Positions 58,760 through 64,000 of a DNA stretch of 64,000 bases are shown one piece after another (within the stretch, counting starts at the first letter, position 1; each line of letters opens with the position of its first letter). Source of the stretch: Candidatus Kapaibacterium sp. (GTDB taxonomy: Bacteria; Bacteroidota; Ignavibacteria; Kapaibacteriales; UBA2268); NCBI GenBank assembly GCA_963665665.1, contig OY762428.1, forward strand, positions 768,001 through 832,000, given 5' to 3'. The notes beneath the pieces are model-generated. The model ran no database searches. It saw nothing but the letters and a program-made list of their open reading frames with translations, and was not told the origin of the DNA. A program made the translations under genes and the position numbers.

Positions 58760-59556
58760 AATTTTATATAGTGGTTACATGTACTTAGTTTTTTTACCAG
58801 CTCGGGATGCATTTTTGCAGAACTTGCTATCAAAGTCCGGTCAAAAAGATTATACTCATTGCCATTGAATTCAGTTACTTTGCCGCCTGCCTCCCGGATA
58901 AGAAGAATTCCTGCTGCAACATCCCAGGGATTCAGGTCAATTTCCCAGAAACCGTCGAATATTCCGGCAGCCACATAAGCCAGATCAAGAGCTGCCGAGC
59001 CAAGTCGCCTGACAGGGTTGCCATTACGTATAACATCTACAAAATGATCGATACAATTGCAGGGATTTTTATAAACATTATAAGGAAACCCCGTAACAAG
59101 AAAAGCTGTGCTGTAATCTTCATTTTGAGAAACTGACAGTGCGGCACCGTTCCTTGTTGCCCCCTGCCCCTTAATGGCAACAAAAATCTCATCCAGTACA
59201 GGGTGATAGATTACTCCTGCTACAATCTCATTGTCAATTACAGCAGCAATGCTGATACTGAATATTGGTAATTTATGAGCAAAATTAACAGTGCCATCCA
59301 AAGGATCAATTACCCAGGTAATTTTTTTATTCTCTATACCGCTTTTGCCGCTTTCTTCAGCAAGGAAATTGCTGTCCGGAAAATCATTACCGAGCATTTC
59401 AATGATCATTTTCTCAGACAGGGTATCAAATTCGGTAACTAAATTATTTCTTCCCTCTTTGTTATATATCTTGAAATCAGTTCCGAATCCTCTTCTTAGT
59501 TCCCTGCCTGCGGCATAAGCCGCTTTTACAGCCGCGTCGGCCAGTTGCTTATACAT
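58756..59556 (-). CDS. suhB: Inositol monophosphatase family protein
   Basis: WVIDPLDGTVNFAH, RRLGSAALDL, PWDVAAG.L...EAGG. Confidence 0.92.
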   Translation of the reverse strand: MYKQLADAAVKAAYAAGRELRRGFGTDFKIYNKEGRNNLVTEFDTLSEKMIIEMLGNDFPDSNFLAEESGKSGIENKKITWVIDPLDGTVNFAHKLPIFSISIAAVIDNEIVAGVIYHPVLDEIFVAIKGQGATRNGAALSVSQNEDYSTAFLVTGFPYNVYKNPCNCIDHFVDVIRNGNPVRRLGSAALDLAYVAAGIFDGFWEIDLNPWDVAAGILLIREAGGKVTEFNGNEYNLFDRTLIASSAKMHPELVKKLSTCNHYIKL

Positions 59557-59763
59557 ATATTTTCCAATTAATCATTAATCATTCAACTTTACAAAGTTAT
59601 GAATATAAAGTAAAGGTTGCAAGAAAAGATAAGCATGTCAAAAAAAATTATTAATTACGATTAAATACTTTCATTAGATTAAAAAAAGTTTATTTGCACC
59701 TGAGATTTTACGTATTTTTTTGTTATTTTGAAACGATACATAAAACTGGCTGGGAATTAATTT

Positions 59764-61977
59764 TTGGAGCGTGAAGTGAACTTAAACCTGAGTAGAAAAA
59801 TTACAATTTTGGCCATCACGGCAGCCTTTATTCCGGTATTGATAGTATATTTTCTTACAACTGCTTTCGAGGAAAAAATCGCGGAAAAAGCTAAAGAAGA
59901 ACTGGATAAACTGGCGGAAGCAAATCTTGGGCAAATTGCCCGGGATGTTTACTCAATGTGCAACAATACCGATATCCTTCTGGACAACAAAATAGTTCAC
60001 GACGAAAGAGTTCTTGAATATTTTGAAAATATTTACGGCGGATACAGCCTTGGGAACGAATCTGTTGTCTGGGATATGAAGAATCAGTTCACCGGCAACG
60101 TTTCCACCGTAAGGCTTCCAAAATTTCTTGTTGGCGGAAAGTGGTTCGGCCAAAATTACAGCCGAAATCAAAAGACTATCTTTGTTGATGAAATTAAAGA
60201 AAAGACAGGAGCTACATGCTCGATTTTTCAAAGAGCTAATCAGCAGGGAGATATGCTGAGAGTTGCGACAACCGCGGATACAGAAAACAACAGAGCTATC
60301 GGCACATATATTCCCGCGAGAAATCCTGACGGAACACCTAATGCCGTTGTTGATTCTGTACTCAGGGGAGCTACTTTCCGAGGCCCGACTTTTGCAATTG
60401 ATGCATGGTATATTGCAACATATAAACCCATTTTTGACAGTAACAAAGAGGTTATCGGCATATCGTGCGTGGCCGAGAAAATCGAGGGAGTTGCATCTAT
60501 CAGAAAAGTTATTAGCGAAATTAAAGTGGGAGAAACCGGAAAAGTGGTGGTGATCGGTGCAGATGGCATGCTGGAAGGTAAATATATTATTTCCAGAGAT
60601 GGCAGCCGTGACGGAGAAAATATTATTGATGCTGTTGATGCAAAAGGCAATAAATTTGTAAGAGATCATATTAAAAATGCAAAGGCTCAGGTTCCCGGTG
60701 AATATATTATTGAAAGATATCCCTGGAAGGACGAGGCCACAGGTAAAATTAAAAATAAAATAGCAGCAATCATTTATTTCGAGGAATGGGAATGGATTGT
60801 AAGTATTGGCTTGTACAAGGAAGAATACTACACTGCAAATAAGGAACTGGAAATAATTATTAATGATCTTGAATCCAAACAGATGTTAACATCGATCGTG
60901 GTGGTTTTGGCTTTGATAGTTGTATTTATGATTATTGGCGGACGAATAACAAGGCCATTGGTATTTATTGATTCACTTGCCAGGAATATTGCTGCCGGAA
61001 ATCTGACAGAAGCGAAAAATGAAATAAAAAAATATTCCGATAAAAGAAAAAATAAGAAAATGTCCAAGTTTTTCAGGGATGAAATCAGCCAGCTGTTCGA
61101 TTCATTTAAACTTATGGTTAACAACCTGGAATCTCTAATCAAAAAAGTTCAGGAATCAGGAATAAAAGTAAATGCTTCTGCAACACAGATATCTGCTTCT
61201 GCAAGAGAGCTTGAATCAACAGTTGCAGAAAGGGCAGCTGCCACTCAGCAGGTAACAGCCACAACCAGGGAAATTTCAGCAACATCTGATGAGCTGGGCC
61301 ATACACTGAACAGAGCTGCCGATACGGTTAATGAAACAATGGAAGTAGCTGATACCGGAAAATCAAAGATTGGGGAAATGGAAGGCGCTATGGACGGCCT
61401 AAAGAAATCGACAGGTTCGATTTCGGCCAAGTTATCAATTATTAATGATAAAGCCAGCAAAATCTCTTCTGTGGTTACTACTATTAATAAAATATCAGAC
61501 CAGACAAACCTGCTTTCCCTTAATGCCGCTATCGAAGCTGAAAAAGCCGGAGAGTACGGAAAAGGCTTCTCCGTTGTTGCCAGGGAAATCAGCCGCCTGT
61601 CGGATCAAACGGCTGTTGCAACAAGAGATATTGAATATATGGTAAATGAAATGCAGGCCTCGGTTTCATCAGGTGTAATGGAAATGGATAAATTTTCACG
61701 GGGAGTTAAGGACGGAGCAGATAAAGTTTATGAAATTGGCGATCAGCTTGCTGTGATAATTGAAATAATCGAAAGGTTTAAACCGCAATTCATGACCGTC
61801 AATGACGGTATGAAAGCTCAGGTTCAGGGAGCGGCACAGATAGCTGAAGCAATGAGCCAGCTAAGCATTGCAGCAAATCAGACAAAGGATTCTCTTGCAG
61901 AGTTTAAATCAGCAACAACACAGCTGAACGATGCTGTAGGCGGCCTGCAGAATGAAGTTAGAAAATTTAAAATATAA
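59764..61977 (+). CDS. Methyl-accepting chemotaxis protein with Cache_3-Cache_2-like sensor (WspA-like signalling domain)
   Basis: Two TMs; IFQR...GDMLRVAT..RAIGTYIP; HAMP; [29 protein letters not shown]. Confidence 0.93.
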   Translation: MEREVNLNLSRKITILAITAAFIPVLIVYFLTTAFEEKIAEKAKEELDKLAEANLGQIARDVYSMCNNTDILLDNKIVHDERVLEYFENIYGGYSLGNESVVWDMKNQFTGNVSTVRLPKFLVGGKWFGQNYSRNQKTIFVDEIKEKTGATCSIFQRANQQGDMLRVATTADTENNRAIGTYIPARNPDGTPNAVVDSVLRGATFRGPTFAIDAWYIATYKPIFDSNKEVIGISCVAEKIEGVASIRKVISEIKVGETGKVVVIGADGMLEGKYIISRDGSRDGENIIDAVDAKGNKFVRDHIKNAKAQVPGEYIIERYPWKDEATGKIKNKIAAIIYFEEWEWIVSIGLYKEEYYTANKELEIIINDLESKQMLTSIVVVLALIVVFMIIGGRITRPLVFIDSLARNIAAGNLTEAKNEIKKYSDKRKNKKMSKFFRDEISQLFDSFKLMVNNLESLIKKVQESGIKVNASATQISASARELESTVAERAAATQQVTATTREISATSDELGHTLNRAADTVNETMEVADTGKSKIGEMEGAMDGLKKSTGSISAKLSIINDKASKISSVVTTINKISDQTNLLSLNAAIEAEKAGEYGKGFSVVAREISRLSDQTAVATRDIEYMVNEMQASVSSGVMEMDKFSRGVKDGADKVYEIGDQLAVIIEIIERFKPQFMTVNDGMKAQVQGAAQIAEAMSQLSIAANQTKDSLAEFKSATTQLNDAVGGLQNEVRKFKI

Positions 61978-61989
61978 TACGGTGGTAAA

Positions 61990-64000
61990 ATGCTAAGGAA
62001 AAGACCAATCGGATTTATTCTTTCTACCCTGATAGCCTTATGTGCCTCGGTTATTATATTAATCCTTTTTTATTATAATTACTTAATATCAGCAGAAAAT
62101 GTTACGGGTATTGTAACCGATGATGCTATGAAAAATGCCGCTTCACTGGCAGGACAAATAGAAAAAGTATTAATCAATACACAAAAAATTACCGAAAATG
62201 CTGCTTATTTTATTCAGAGCAATGATTATAGCGAGAATAAAGTTAAGTCACTTCTAAAAGGTATTGTCAGAAATAATAATGAAATATACGGATCGGCATT
62301 AGCTTTCGAACCATATAGCTTCAAGCCGGATATTGAACTTTTCGGCCCTTATTACTACCGAAATGCAGGTGAAATTAAATATCTCGACCTGAGCGTGAGT
62401 GATTATTATTATCCCGACTGGGACTGGTATAAAACCCCCAGGAAACTAATGAAGCCAATATGGAGCGAGCCTTATTTCGACGAAGGTGCCGGCGATGTTA
62501 TGATGACAACCTATTCCGTTCCATTGTTCAATAATAATAAGGTAATCGGCGTTCTGACAAGTGATATTTCCCTGGATTGGATGAGAAATTTGCTTGATTC
62601 TCTGGAATTGTATAAAACAGGTTTTGCTTTTCTGATATCCAAGGAAGGTAATATACTTTCTCATCCAAGAAAAGATATTATAATGACAGAATCAATTTTC
62701 TCTTTTGCCGAGAAATTCGATGACGAGCAGCTAAAAGTTATAGCCAAGGAAATGTTGGGCGGCAAGCAGGGATCTGTTGAATATGATTCTAAAGCATTTG
62801 ATGTGGAAGGGATTTTATGCCACTATCCTCTGAATTCCTGTGGCTGGTCTCTGGCTCTTGTAATTCCGGAAGACGAGTTTATGGAGCCGGTACATGAATT
62901 GAATAAAATAATTGTAATCCTTGCTGCTATTGGAATACTCCTTATTGCAGCATTTACAACTTTTATTTCAAGAATTATTACCAGGCCACTAAATATTGCT
63001 ATAAAGTCAGCAGAATCCATCGCCGTTGGAAAAATGGATGAAGCCAACAAAATATCCGATGAATTTACTTCAAAAATTCATCTTAATGACTCCGAAGAAT
63101 CTAAATCAAAAAATGAAATTGTCCGGCTGTTTTGTGCTGTAAGAAAAATGTCCGGCAATCTGGATTCACTTCTTTCCCAGGTGCATAATTCGGGAGCGCA
63201 GGTAACAGATGCGGCCCTGAAAATATCATCTCTTGCCAGGGATCTCGAAGCAACAGCTTCGGAGCAGGCGGCTTCATCCAATGAAGTCAACACCACCAGC
63301 AAGGAAATATCGGCAACAGCTACCGAACTGGCTCTTTCCATGAGCAAAGTGGCTAAATCAGCCTCGGGTATATCAGATAAAGCCGGAATAGGAATACAGG
63401 GACTCAGCGAGATAAAGAATTCTATGAACGAACTTATTCAAAACAGCGAACTGATACTTGAAAAACTAAATGAAATAAATACAAGAACTGCCGGTATCAG
63501 CCAGGTTATTGATACTATTACCAGGGTTGCAAATCAAACAAACCTGCTATCGCTTAATGCTGCTATCGAAGCCGAAAAAGCTGGTGAGTACGGAACCGGA
63601 TTTGCAGTGGTGGCCAGGGAAATAAGGCAATTGGCAGATCAGACGGCAGTAGCCGCACTTGATATTGAAGAAATGATCAATGATACTCAGAATTCTGTAA
63701 GCGATGGCGTGAAAACAGTTGAGAATTATGCAAGGCGAACTTCCGAAAGCCTTGAAAAAATGGCAGATATCAGCCTGGAACTTGAAGAAGCAATAACAAG
63801 AACCCGCGATATTGAACCGGAATTTGAACTTGTTGACAACGGAATGCAGATGCAGTCCATGGGGGCTGGTCAAATAAGCGAGGCAATCGGCCAGCTAAAC
63901 GAAGTTGCAGTGCAAACAAGGGATTACCTGATTGATTTCAATAAAGCAACTGAATTGCTAAATGATGCTGTCAGGGGATTGCAAACTGAAATGGATAAAT
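61990..64000 (+). CDS. Methyl-accepting chemotaxis protein with dCache sensor, truncated by window end
   Basis: Not in ORF track; ATG 61990 [17 protein letters not shown]..., [42 protein letters not shown]. Confidence 0.9.
   Translation, partial: MLRKRPIGFILSTLIALCASVIILILFYYNYLISAENVTGIVTDDAMKNAASLAGQIEKVLINTQKITENAAYFIQSNDYSENKVKSLLKGIVRNNNEIYGSALAFEPYSFKPDIELFGPYYYRNAGEIKYLDLSVSDYYYPDWDWYKTPRKLMKPIWSEPYFDEGAGDVMMTTYSVPLFNNNKVIGVLTSDISLDWMRNLLDSLELYKTGFAFLISKEGNILSHPRKDIIMTESIFSFAEKFDDEQLKVIAKEMLGGKQGSVEYDSKAFDVEGILCHYPLNSCGWSLALVIPEDEFMEPVHELNKIIVILAAIGILLIAAFTTFISRIITRPLNIAIKSAESIAVGKMDEANKISDEFTSKIHLNDSEESKSKNEIVRLFCAVRKMSGNLDSLLSQVHNSGAQVTDAALKISSLARDLEATASEQAASSNEVNTTSKEISATATELALSMSKVAKSASGISDKAGIGIQGLSEIKNSMNELIQNSELILEKLNEINTRTAGISQVIDTITRVANQTNLLSLNAAIEAEKAGEYGTGFAVVAREIRQLADQTAVAALDIEEMINDTQNSVSDGVKTVENYARRTSESLEKMADISLELEEAITRTRDIEPEFELVDNGMQMQSMGAGQISEAIGQLNEVAVQTRDYLIDFNKATELLNDAVRGLQTEMDK

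Noticed and set aside
59953-60669. 238-aa minus-strand ORF and other long shadow ORFs
   Set aside because: Fully antisense to well-supported genes, with no motifs

Overview
AT-rich chromosomal segment of a diderm FCB-group bacterium. T9SS-type C-terminal domains together with flagellar and chemotaxis genes suggest Ignavibacteria/Kapabacteria (inference). Housekeeping blocks include uppS-bamA-skp-skp-lpxD, pdxK, a CoA transferase, arcA, lptE, a thiolase and suhB-dapF-M20. They alternate with accessory material: (i) a three-module toxin-antitoxin array with a repeated boundary motif, in which a duplicated yefM has an unrelated ORF in the toxin slot; (ii) a four-gene mosaic lipoprotein array; (iii) a 1.7-kb non-coding composite in which two homologous 21-bp tandem arrays lie in inverted orientation between directly repeated palindrome mosaics; (iv) IS66-like MITEs and nested 20-bp CCTG-hairpin micro-insertions; (v) an operon encoding a coiled-coil protein, a longin-like-TM-OmpA protein, a Rab-like small GTPase and a histidine kinase; (vi) a 4-TM protein with a GldL/PorL-like helix pair, co-oriented with a motB that has no motA in the window. 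No rRNA, tRNA, CRISPR array, integrase or transposase was recognised. All family calls come from motif recognition by eye; no searches were run.
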